Shown here: positions 41,001-48,946 of the stretch, piece after piece
Layout: each line of letters begins with the position of its first letter
Position numbering within the stretch: the stretch's first letter is position 1
Assembly: GCA_964390305.1 (NCBI GenBank)
Contig: CAYMHT010000002.1
Span: 27,212 to 91,211 of the forward strand
Direction of reading: 5' to 3'
DNA from: an uncultured Anaerolineales bacterium
Lineage (GTDB): Bacteria > Chloroflexota > Anaerolineae > B4-G1
Length of the DNA stretch: 64,000 bases
Notes under the pieces: generated by a model
The model's database searches: none
Told to the model about the DNA's origin: nothing
Seen by the model: only the letters and a program-made list of their open reading frames with translations
Program-made: the position numbers and the translations under genes

Positions 41001-42398
41001 CAGCGTCGAGCTCACCGAGCGCAGCAGCGCCGCCACGCCCGAGACGTGCGGCGCCGCCATTGAGGTGCCGTTCATCGTCGCATACGCGCCGCCCGGTACG
41101 CTCGAACGGACGCGGACGCCTGGCGCCGCGACGTGGGGCCGCACCTCCTCCCAGGGCGACGGGCCCCGGCTCGAGAACGTGGCCACCTCATTGTATTCGT
41201 CGACCGCACCCACCGCGAAGGCCTCGGGTAGAGAGGCCGGCGAGGTGACCGTACCCACACCCGGCCCATTGTTCCCGTTCGAGAACACTGGCAGGATACC
41301 GCCCGCTCGCAGCGCCCGCAGGTCGTCCTGGAACGTCGTCAGGTACGCGCTACTGCTGCCCCAGGAACAGTTGACCACGTCAGGCGCTCGCGACGGGTCA
41401 CCACCCGGCGCCAGAACCCACTCAAAGCCAGCGTGGATCCACGAATCGTACCCGTACCCCTGGTTGTTCAGCACCCTGACCCCGATCCACCTGGCCCCAG
41501 GAGCGACACCGATTCCCCCTCGCCCCACCGTCGTGCCCATGGTGTGGCTCCCGTGCCCGTGACCGTCCACCGGGTAGCCCGCACCTCCGTCCGTCGCGTC
41601 GTACCAGTTGTAGGCGTGATTCGACGGACCGTGTGGGTTGTAGCCCCGGTAGTTCCTCTCCAGCGCCGGATGCAGCCAGTCCACGCCCGTGTCCATCCCC
41701 GCCACCACCGCCCCCGTGCCCGAGATCTGGAGCGAGGCCCACACCTCATCCGCGCGGATACGCTCGATGTTCCATTCCACCTGCTCGGCCGCTTCAGCCT
41801 CGGCGCCGACCGCCGGTTCTCCGCTCTCAAACCACCGACGCCAGTGATCAAGGGTGATGACCGCCACAGACGGCTGACGGGCCAGGCCACGCACCACCGA
41901 CGGGCGCGCGTCCACGGCGATCGCGTTTGTGATCCAGAACGGGCGATAGGAAGACACGGTCCCCCTCACGCGCTCCCTTTCCAGATAGGCCCGCACCGAC
42001 CGCTGCGCCCTGTCTGCCGCACCCTGAAGCCGCGAGACGAGCCTGGCGCGCTCCTGCCCGTCCGCCGCCGGGGCAAAGCCTTCTCCCCCGGCACCGCTGG
42101 GCTCGTCCATGTGGACGATGACCCGCACGCTCCTCTCTGCGTCAGCGCTCGCCAGCACGCGCCTTACTTCCGGGTCGAGCGGCAGCTCCCCACCCCCATC
42201 ACCCAGCAACCCCACGCCGATCCCCTTCACCCCCGAGCCAGCAGAGCTACCAGTCATCACGTCCGCCGCCAGCCACGCAGCGGGTGCGGCCTGCACCATC
42301 TGAACCCCCTCACCGACCCGCAGACCGGATGCTGAGACCCCGTTTGCCAACACCAAGAACAGGAGTATCATACCCGCTACCCGATACAGCTTGTGCAT
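38010..42398 (-). CDS. giant secreted multidomain S8 serine peptidase (prodomain, S8 catalytic, CarboxypepD_reg-like repeats, DUF11-type repeat)
   Basis: Start re-set to MHKLYRV (GGGGAG RBS, signal peptide); S8 motifs VAGMDTGVD, HGHGSHTMGT, GTSMAAPHVSG; DUF11-like SYTISVRNDGWEPVTASVSNTLPAEL. Confidence 0.8.
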   Translation of the reverse strand: MHKLYRVAGMILLFLVLANGVSASGLRVGEGVQMVQAAPAAWLAADVMTGSSAGSGVKGIGVGLLGDGGGELPLDPEVRRVLASADAERSVRVIVHMDEPSGAGGEGFAPAADGQERARLVSRLQGAADRAQRSVRAYLERERVRGTVSSYRPFWITNAIAVDARPSVVRGLARQPSVAVITLDHWRRWFESGEPAVGAEAEAAEQVEWNIERIRADEVWASLQISGTGAVVAGMDTGVDWLHPALERNYRGYNPHGPSNHAYNWYDATDGGAGYPVDGHGHGSHTMGTTVGRGGIGVAPGARWIGVRVLNNQGYGYDSWIHAGFEWVLAPGGDPSRAPDVVNCSWGSSSAYLTTFQDDLRALRAGGILPVFSNGNNGPGVGTVTSPASLPEAFAVGAVDEYNEVATFSSRGPSPWEEVRPHVAAPGVRVRSSVPGGAYATMNGTSMAAPHVSGVAALLRSVSSTLSITRATAVITSTALALGEEVPNNDTGWGRVDAFAAVTALARPGFIAGTVKDGATDLPIAGARVRAMSRGGDASAETETDADGRYLLALSSGVYELSVSAFGYEPASVGGVRVVRDAVTSEDVTLVAQLTGSLNVQVVDASSGEPVTATVAVLDTPYEVTTHTCSFELPSGTYPVRARRLGYRVVTATAVVSVGETSSVVLRLPEAPAVLVVDSGSWYYESQMRYYRQALDDGAYAYHEWSIRRLPEDIPAVSDLGGYDIVVWSAPRDAPGYIGAGEIITGYLEAGGRLLLSGQDVGFWDGGGSGVSWSPYYRDYLKAQFVGDDAPTRVLDGVAGDIFAGTTVTIAGTGGADNQDYPDVVSLADPEAAGPVMVYRDDGCGGVRVGTCVDYRVLYFAFGFEAINDRVRRRQVMESAIEWLEAPAPTAGLRLAPTSQLGIGVPGSLITHAVRVSHIGQGGGDDEIDLTVTAASWPTELSAPSLTLSPCASASVTVTVRVPVTATWDSRDVVTLTAQSSLSTSLSVSARLESKAPAPILLVDDDRWYDQQATYTGAMDDAGLAYDLWENSPPEGGGHGAGPSVETLGMYPVVVWWTGYDWYAPVTTDEMRWLGAYVDGGGRLFLSSQDFLTYHGDDAFSREHLGVLSHTEDVTPTGVTGVPENLVGDGLGPWSLEFPTGYRNWSDSLVPTAGTGVALRDQDLRGVALTRQQGGGSTVFFAFPFEASPGSVQAEVMERVVGWLSWVGGTTFEADRGSVAAGDVVSYTISVRNDGWEPVTASVSNTLPAELSLERGSVVGPGRYDPTERRLWWRGLVDPGGVVVLGYRASVVGGTAPGEVVVNTARVSLEEHTIGFSRRAEVRVDRPDLSASSFGCAPGVVRPGGEVTCTLRLINAGVADADAASALVWPPDGRMPAPESVSVSGGGAWEAREDGIYWTGPLPAGGEAVLTFSLLLPGEPVRRTVYGIAFLDDGGGGRWERPTWLEVWPWPVFLPVAMQRGR

Positions 42399-42529
42399 TT
42401 TCTCCCCTTGCCCAGATATGTTACGGCAGATCGTGCCCAGGTGCGCTTCACCTTCCATCGGAAGACCACCGTCCAGCGCATCTGCCCGATTATACATCCA
42501 CAGTCTGATTACTGAAATCGGAGGTAACC

Positions 42530-43513
42530 ATGCTGACCGACCATCTGCCCCGCGTCACCATTGCCCACTTGCCCACTCCTCTCGAGCCCTTGCCGCGGCT
42601 CACCAGCGAGCTTGGCGGCCCAGAGCTGTGGGTCAAGCGAGACGACCAGACCGGACTGGCGACCGGAGGCAACAAGACGCGCAAGCTCGAGTTCCTCGCC
42701 GCCGACGCCCTGCGGCAGGAAGCCGACACCCTCATCACCTGCGGCGCTGATCAGTCAAATCACGCCCGCCAGACCGCAGCTGCAGCCGCCAAGTTCGGAC
42801 TCGACCGCGTGCTTGTGCTCCGCGGTGAGCGCCCACTCAAGACCCAGGGCAACTTGCTCCTCGACCACCTCCTGGGCGCCGACATCGTCTGGGCTGGAGA
42901 CGAGCCGCTGCACGAAAAGCTGGACCAGGTCGCCCAGCAGTTGCGTAAGAAAGGCCGCCACCCGTATATCGTCCCCTACGGGGGGAGTAACCCCGTCGGC
43001 ATTACCGGCTACGTATCAGGGATGGAGGAGCTACTCGCCCAATGCGAGGATCGCGACCTCGCCTTCGACCACATCGTCTTCGCCTCTTCCAGTGGCGGGA
43101 CCCAGGCCGGCTTGGTCGTCGCAGCGCGAGCCCTCGACTACCAGGGCCGCATCCTGGGCATCAGCGTCGATCTGCCAGCGGACGCGCTCCGCGAGACGCT
43201 GGCCGACCTGGCCACAGCGACGGCCCAGCACCTTGGACTGGAGCTCGCCCTGGAGCCAATCGAGTTCGCCGTCAACGACGACTACCTTGGCGGTGGCTAC
43301 GGCGTGGTCGGCGACCTGGAGCGGGACGCCATCAACACCCTGGCTCGTCTCGAGGGTTTGCTGCTTGATCCCGTCTACACAGGCCGGGCCTTCGGTGGCC
43401 TGCTGGATCTGATCCAGGGCGGCGCCTTCCGGCCCGACGAGAAGGTGCTCTTCTGGCATACGGGCGGCACGGCTGGCCTCTTCGGCAAGGCCGAGACTCT
43501 CCTCCCGGCCTGA
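42530..43513 (+). CDS. PLP-dependent D-cysteine desulfhydrase / ACC deaminase family enzyme
   Basis: GGAGG RBS; PLP-lysine motif GGNKTRKLEFL and fold-type II pattern. Confidence 0.8.
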   Translation: MLTDHLPRVTIAHLPTPLEPLPRLTSELGGPELWVKRDDQTGLATGGNKTRKLEFLAADALRQEADTLITCGADQSNHARQTAAAAAKFGLDRVLVLRGERPLKTQGNLLLDHLLGADIVWAGDEPLHEKLDQVAQQLRKKGRHPYIVPYGGSNPVGITGYVSGMEELLAQCEDRDLAFDHIVFASSSGGTQAGLVVAARALDYQGRILGISVDLPADALRETLADLATATAQHLGLELALEPIEFAVNDDYLGGGYGVVGDLERDAINTLARLEGLLLDPVYTGRAFGGLLDLIQGGAFRPDEKVLFWHTGGTAGLFGKAETLLPA

Positions 43514-43532
43514 GGGGGCTGAATACCGGACG

Positions 43533-43560
43533 TTGACATACATCCCAGGGTAGGTATAAT
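43533..43560 (+). promoter_or_regulatory. consensus sigma70 promoter (TTGACA-16-TATAAT) followed by ~150-nt leader before opu operon
   Basis: TTGACA 43533-43538, TATAAT 43555-43560; first opu gene starts 43719. Confidence 0.55.
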
Positions 43561-43718
43561 AGGACTTGGTGGCGACGAAAATCTGCTGAGCCTGCCGCGC
43601 CCACGCGGCCTCGCTCCCGTCGACCCGGTAGCACGTAGCTCTACGAATGAAAGCACCTGAGCCGATCTGGCTTCGCCCAGGCACAAAAAACACGCCCCGC
43701 TAGCCGTCAGCGCAGGAG

Positions 43719-45140
43719 GTGAACATGGTTGGAGAGCTGTTCAGCAGCTGGATGAGAGCATTCACTCAGCCCACTGTCGAGTCGTTCGCGGCGGAGAACG
43801 CGCACGCCACGGCGTCAAAGCTGCTCCTTGGCCTTGCGATTCTAGGCCTTGCGATCGGACTGGCCAAAATACCTATGGGCACGGCGTCTGTGCCCGCCCT
43901 TCTCAGCCTCCTCACGACCATCCTCACTGTCGTCGTCGACTTCGTCGTCATTGCCTTTATCCTGTTCATCGTCGTCCAGCTCGCCGGCGGCCAGGGGAGC
44001 TTCCTCACCCACTGCTACGCGCTGTCGCTGCCCCTCGTCCCCACCGTCATCATCGTAGCGCTCTTCGGTCGGGCCGTGGGGCTGGCCACGCCCATTCTGG
44101 GTCCCCTGGCCCCGTTGGGCGTTGACCGCGTCATCCAGGTCGCCCTTGCCATCTACGGCTCTTTCCTCGGGCTTCTCGCCCTTCAGGCGGCCCACGGGCT
44201 GAGAGCCAGCCACGCTGTCAATGTCGTCCTCGTCACCCTCGTCATATGGGCCGCCCTCAACGCCGCAGCCATGTTCGTCGCTCAGGCTGACAACGTCGTG
44301 ACCAAGACGGGACGGTTCACCTGGAGCAACAGAGCCCGATTGTTCGACCAGGCCCTCTCGCACGCTTGGCTGGTCGTCTTCTCGATGGTTATCGCCATCG
44401 TGCTGGGTGTGGTCATGGGCATCCTCATCACACTCCCGTCTCGGCGTCCGCGGCTTTCCCATCTCTGGGCGCTGGCACCCTTGGCCTTCTTCCTCTTCAT
44501 CTATCTCGGCGGCGGTGGCACGTTCGGCCCGGGGATAGAAAGCACGTTGAGGACAATCACCAGAAGGGCACAGGGGCTTGGCCTGCTCGGTCTGGTGTTG
44601 ACGATTCTCCTCTACGTCCTGTTCATCTTCGGAGACCGCGCCGCTGAGCCGGTCCTCTACGCAGCCGGCATCATGCTCACCTTCCCGAGCATCGGGTTGT
44701 TCGGCCTCTTCATTCCTCTCTTCGGCATCGGATTCATGAACGCGGCGCTGGCGCTGATCCTCTATGCCCAACTCCCCATCCTCCGCAACACCTATACCGG
44801 GATCAACGAGGTGCCGGACCCAGTCATCGAGTCTGCGCGGGGCATGGGGATGACGGAGTGGGAGATTCTGCGTAAGATCAAGGTGCCCATGACCGTGCCG
44901 GTCATCATGGCCGGTGTCAGGATATCCATGGTCATGATCGTCGGCATCGCGGCCATCGCCAAGTTGATCGGCGTCAAGACGTTGGGTAAGTACATCTTCG
45001 ACGGCATCGGCCGTGGCAGCGATCCGATGGTGCTCGCCGGCGCCATCGGCGTCTCGATCTTCGCTCTGATCGTCGATGCTTTGCTCGGCTGGGCCCAGGA
45101 CGTCTTTACGCCCGCTGGCTTGCGCGAGCGTTCTTCGTAA
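43719..45140 (+). CDS. osmoprotectant (glycine betaine/choline/carnitine, OpuC/OpuB-type) ABC permease fused to an N-terminal extra multi-TM (Yip1-like) domain
   Basis: C-terminal half matches BPD permease EAA-loop (ILYAQLPILRNTYTGINEVPDPVIESARGMGMT); N-terminal ~220 aa is an additional 5-TM domain. Confidence 0.75.
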   Translation: MNMVGELFSSWMRAFTQPTVESFAAENAHATASKLLLGLAILGLAIGLAKIPMGTASVPALLSLLTTILTVVVDFVVIAFILFIVVQLAGGQGSFLTHCYALSLPLVPTVIIVALFGRAVGLATPILGPLAPLGVDRVIQVALAIYGSFLGLLALQAAHGLRASHAVNVVLVTLVIWAALNAAAMFVAQADNVVTKTGRFTWSNRARLFDQALSHAWLVVFSMVIAIVLGVVMGILITLPSRRPRLSHLWALAPLAFFLFIYLGGGGTFGPGIESTLRTITRRAQGLGLLGLVLTILLYVLFIFGDRAAEPVLYAAGIMLTFPSIGLFGLFIPLFGIGFMNAALALILYAQLPILRNTYTGINEVPDPVIESARGMGMTEWEILRKIKVPMTVPVIMAGVRISMVMIVGIAAIAKLIGVKTLGKYIFDGIGRGSDPMVLAGAIGVSIFALIVDALLGWAQDVFTPAGLRERSS

Positions 45141-45171
45141 TGGTTATCGCTGGCGAGAGGAAAGGAACACC

Positions 45172-46290
45172 ATGATTACACTAGAAAACGTGACCAAGAT
45201 CTACCCCGGTCAGGCAGAGCCCGCCGTCGAGGATCTCTCCCTGGTCGTACCGGAAGGACAGATATGCGTCCTGGTCGGCCCCTCTGGCTGCGGCAAGACC
45301 ACCACCATGAAGATGGTCAACCGCCTGATCGAGCCCACGAGCGGCAAGATTTACGTCGAGGAAAGAGACGTGACCCAGATGGATCCCATCCAGCTGCGCC
45401 GCAGCATCGGCTACGTCATCCAGGAGATCGGTCTCTTCCCCCATATGACCATCGCCGAGAACATCGGCACCGTCCCCAAGCTCGTGGGGTGGGAGCAGGC
45501 CCGCATCGACCGGCGCGTCGACGAGCTTCTGGGCATCATGGGGATGGATGCTGCCGAGTTTCGCGATCGCTATCCCAGGGAACTCTCTGGAGGTCAGCGA
45601 CAGCGCATCGGCGTGGCCCGCGCCATGGCAACGGATCCCCCCGTTATGCTCATGGACGAGCCCTTTGGCGCCATCGATCCCATCACTCGCGATCGGCTCC
45701 AGCATGAGTTCTTGCGCCTCCAGCAGAAGATCCACAAGACCATCATCTTCGTTACCCACGACATCAACGAGGCCATCAAGATGGGTGACAAGATCGCCAT
45801 TATGAACGTCGGCGGAGTCCTGGAGCAGTATGGCTCCCCGGGCGAGATCCTCTCCCACCCCAACAACGAATTCGTCGAGGACTTCGTGGGCGCTGATCGC
45901 ACGCTGAAGCAGCTCAATCTGGTACGCGTCGAAGAGGTGATGGACGCCCATCCGTCGCTCGTCCTCGATACCCAGACCGTCCGCGAAGCCAGACGGTTCA
46001 TGGATGAGAAAGGACTTGAGTACGTCTACGCCACTGGCGCCGATCGTAAGCTCAAGGGCTACCTCGATATCACCGACCTGGAAGGGGAGGAAGGGTGGGT
46101 GGACGAGTTCGTGAAGCCGGCCGCCGTCAGCATCCAGATGGGCACCAGCTTGAGGGACGCCTTGTCGCAGTTGATCGCCTCCGACTACCAGAACGCGTGC
46201 GTCGTGGACGAAGAGGAGCGAGTGCGCGGACTCATCGATCTGGCCATGATTCAAGAGGCCCTCAGCCATAGGGAGGAACAGAGCAGATGA
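45172..46290 (+). CDS. osmoprotectant ABC transporter ATP-binding protein with tandem C-terminal CBS domains (OpuCA-like)
   Basis: Walker A GPSGCGKTT, signature LSGGQRQRIGVARA, Walker B LMDEPFGA; CBS pair at C-terminus; start re-set to MITLENV. Confidence 0.85.
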   Translation: MITLENVTKIYPGQAEPAVEDLSLVVPEGQICVLVGPSGCGKTTTMKMVNRLIEPTSGKIYVEERDVTQMDPIQLRRSIGYVIQEIGLFPHMTIAENIGTVPKLVGWEQARIDRRVDELLGIMGMDAAEFRDRYPRELSGGQRQRIGVARAMATDPPVMLMDEPFGAIDPITRDRLQHEFLRLQQKIHKTIIFVTHDINEAIKMGDKIAIMNVGGVLEQYGSPGEILSHPNNEFVEDFVGADRTLKQLNLVRVEEVMDAHPSLVLDTQTVREARRFMDEKGLEYVYATGADRKLKGYLDITDLEGEEGWVDEFVKPAAVSIQMGTSLRDALSQLIASDYQNACVVDEEERVRGLIDLAMIQEALSHREEQSR

Positions 46291-47078
46291 CAGCCAGTGC
46301 GCTCGAGCGTTCGCCGCTCCTGAAGGCAATGTCAACCCTCAAGAACATCCTAGATTGGATAGGCATCCCTCTTGTCCTGACCGTCGTGATGATTCTCCTT
46401 TACACCCAGGTCGTCTACGAGATCGAGCCAGGGACGATGAGCTACACCGCCTTCTTCGACGAGGCGGGCAAACCCAGCAAGCTGACCCAATACATCCTCA
46501 ATCACATCGAGATAGTATTCGTCTCTGGCGTCGTCGCCATGCTGACCGCTATCCCGGCGGGCATCCTGATCACCCGGGAAGGGTTTCGCGACTTCTCCGG
46601 CCTCATCCTCGGCATCGCCAACATCGGGCAGACCGTGCCCAGCATGGCCATTCTGGGCCTCTCTCTCGCCTTCTTGGGCATCGGTTTCAAACCCTCCCTC
46701 CTCGCCCTCTGGTTCTACTCGCTCCTGCCCATCGTGCGCAATGCGGCCACCGGCATCGACGAGGTGGATCCGGCCATCATTGAGTCAGCGCGCGGCATGG
46801 GGATGACCAAACGCCAAATCCTGTTCCGCATCGAGCTTCCACTTGCCCTCAACGTCATCGCTGCCGGCGTCCGCACATCCCTGGTGATCAACGTGGGGAC
46901 TGCCGCGCTGACCACCTTCATCGGTTGGTCGAGCCTGGGCCGTCCCATGGCCACCGGACTCCGGGTCAGGCGCTTCGACATGGTCGCCATTGCAGCGGTG
47001 ATCACCGCCGTCTTTGCCATCGGTCTCGACTTCGTCATGGGCAAGGTCCAGCAAGCCCTTGCACCGCGTGGCACTTAA
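46287..47078 (+). CDS. osmoprotectant ABC transporter permease (OpuCD-like)
   Basis: BPD permease with EAA motif (IDEVDPAIIESARGMGMTKRQILFRIELPLAL); 4-nt overlap with ATPase gene. Confidence 0.8.
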   Translation: MTASALERSPLLKAMSTLKNILDWIGIPLVLTVVMILLYTQVVYEIEPGTMSYTAFFDEAGKPSKLTQYILNHIEIVFVSGVVAMLTAIPAGILITREGFRDFSGLILGIANIGQTVPSMAILGLSLAFLGIGFKPSLLALWFYSLLPIVRNAATGIDEVDPAIIESARGMGMTKRQILFRIELPLALNVIAAGVRTSLVINVGTAALTTFIGWSSLGRPMATGLRVRRFDMVAIAAVITAVFAIGLDFVMGKVQQALAPRGT

Positions 47079-47194
47079 TCCAGACCAGATGACGCCGATC
47101 ACGGAAGGGAGGTGATGCCTAAGAGACTCGCAGGCCTCAGTCCGAGAAACAGAACGCTTTTCGCGAGACAAGTGCTACAGTAAGGAGGCAGAAG

Positions 47195-48127
47195 ATGAAG
47201 AGGCTATTCAGTGTTCTCGCTCTACTGGTCGTCGCAGCCATGCTGATGACAGCCTGTGGAGGGGGGGCAGAAGAAATCACCGTCGGTTCCAAGAACTTCA
47301 CCGAGCAGTACTTGCTCGGATGGATGAGCGTCCTCGCTCTCGAGGATGCCGGCTTGACCGTCAACAACAGGGTTGACCTCGGCGGCACCATGGTCAACCG
47401 CGAGGCCCTGGAAGCCGGAGAAATAGATCTGTACTGGGAGTACACCGGCACCGCCTTGCTGACCCACCTGGGTCACGAGGAGGCCATCACCGATCCTCAG
47501 GAATGCTACCAGGTGGTCAAGGACGAGGACGAGGGCAACGGCATCATCTGGCTCGACTACGCCCCGTTCAACAACACCTACACGCTGATGATGACGCAGG
47601 AGGCTGGCCAGGAGTACGGAATTTCCAAGATATCCGAGCTGGGTCAGCTCTTGGAGCAGAAGCCAGACGCCGTGCTCTGCTCCGACCAGGAGTGGACGGT
47701 GCGGCCTGACGGCTATCCGGCGCTCCAGGACAAGTACGGCTTCGCCTTCAAGGAAGAGAACGTCAAGACTATGGAGATCGGGGTGACCTACAAGGCTCTG
47801 CGCGACGGCGAGTGCGACGTGGCAATGGGCTTTGCCACCGATGGGCGCATCGCCGCCTGGGGGCTGTTCAACCTGGAGGACGATAAGCAGTTCTTCCCCG
47901 TCTACAACCCCGCCCCGAACGTGCGCGAGGAGGCGGTGAGCGACGCCGCCAGGAACGCTTTGAACCCCGTCGCCGCCGCGCTTGATACCGAGACGATGAC
48001 CTATCTCAACAGCCTCGTCGATGTCGGAGAGGATGGGGAGTTGGACACCGGCGACGAGCAGGATCCGGAGGACGTGGCCTGCAATTTCCTGCTCGAGAAT
48101 AACTTGATCGAAAGCTGCGGTGACTAG
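47195..48127 (+). CDS. osmoprotectant ABC transporter substrate-binding lipoprotein (OpuAC/OpuCC family)
   Basis: Lipobox LMTAC; OpuAC-family pattern (ITVGSKNFTEQYLLG...YWEYTGT); AAGGAGG RBS. Confidence 0.8.
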   Translation: MKRLFSVLALLVVAAMLMTACGGGAEEITVGSKNFTEQYLLGWMSVLALEDAGLTVNNRVDLGGTMVNREALEAGEIDLYWEYTGTALLTHLGHEEAITDPQECYQVVKDEDEGNGIIWLDYAPFNNTYTLMMTQEAGQEYGISKISELGQLLEQKPDAVLCSDQEWTVRPDGYPALQDKYGFAFKEENVKTMEIGVTYKALRDGECDVAMGFATDGRIAAWGLFNLEDDKQFFPVYNPAPNVREEAVSDAARNALNPVAAALDTETMTYLNSLVDVGEDGELDTGDEQDPEDVACNFLLENNLIESCGD

Positions 48128-48154
48128 CCCCTCACCGCCTTAGACTCGGCATAA

Positions 48155-48190
48155 GGGCCGACCACGAATCGCTGGTCGGCCCTTTCTTCG
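48155..48190. terminator. bidirectional rho-independent terminator between convergent opu SBP gene and clpP
   Basis: Perfect 10-bp stem GGGCCGACCA / TGGTCGGCCC with 8-nt loop, followed by TTTCTTC. Confidence 0.65.
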
Positions 48191-48329
48191 CCCCCCGCAT
48201 TCCCGTCGTCGAGTGTCGCCCTTCCACGGTCACACAGCCGTTGGCGGGCGGCAAACCGTGCTAAGACCACAATGACGTCACCCGGAGCAGCTCCAGGCGA
48301 CGCCTTGTATCTGCCAACGAGGCCGTCGC

Positions 48330-48932
48330 TTACTCCTCTTCCTCCCGGGCCCTCTCCAGGATCTGATCCACCAGTCCGTATTCCACTGCCTCTTCAGCTG
48401 TCATGAAACGATCCCGCTCGAAGTCGGACGCGATCTGTTCCACGCTCTGTCCCGTGTGCCTCGACAGAAGTCGATGAAGGAGATCCTCCACCCGCTTCAG
48501 CTCCTTGTACTGAATCTCTACGTCCGGCGCATACCCCTGCGCGCTGCCCCCAGCCGGGTGCATGTGGACGGTGGCGTGAGGCAGCGCGTATCGATGTTCC
48601 GGATCGCCCGATGCCAGGAGCACCGTGCCCATGCTGGCCGTCACCCCCACCGCGTACGTGTGTACCGGCGCCTCGACGTGACGCATGGTGTCGTAGATCG
48701 CCAGACCGTGATAGATCACCCCTCCCGGACAGTTGATGTACAGCGAGATCGGTCTCTCCGGGTCCTCGCTCTGCAAGTACAGCATCTGCGCCACCACCAG
48801 GTTCGCCACCTGGTCGTTGATCGGCGTGCCGATGAAAATGATGCGGTCTTTCAGCAACCGCGAATAGATGTCATACGCGCGCTCACCACGTCCCGTCGAC
48901 TCGACCACCATTGGAACTAATGGCATCTTCAA
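48330..48932 (-). CDS. clpP: ATP-dependent Clp protease proteolytic subunit
   Basis: ClpP fold and active-site Ser context ([11 protein letters not shown]), His (VHMHPAGG) and Asp regions. Confidence 0.85.
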   Translation of the reverse strand: MKMPLVPMVVESTGRGERAYDIYSRLLKDRIIFIGTPINDQVANLVVAQMLYLQSEDPERPISLYINCPGGVIYHGLAIYDTMRHVEAPVHTYAVGVTASMGTVLLASGDPEHRYALPHATVHMHPAGGSAQGYAPDVEIQYKELKRVEDLLHRLLSRHTGQSVEQIASDFERDRFMTAEEAVEYGLVDQILERAREEEE

Positions 48933-48946
48933 ACCTCCTCAAAGGG

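Noticed and set aside
42489-42494. Possible -10 (TATAAT on minus strand) for the giant S8 protease
   Set aside because: No convincing -35 at 16-18 bp spacing; left unannotated.
43031-43693. 220-aa minus-strand ORF
   Set aside because: Overlaps the D-cysteine desulfhydrase gene on the opposite strand and the opu promoter; no motifs; spurious.
43561-43718. ydaO-type c-di-AMP riboswitch in the opu leader
   Set aside because: The leader lacks the conserved GGGG/AAUC and paired CCCG/ACGG blocks I associate with the ydaO class; kept only as an unclassified structured leader.
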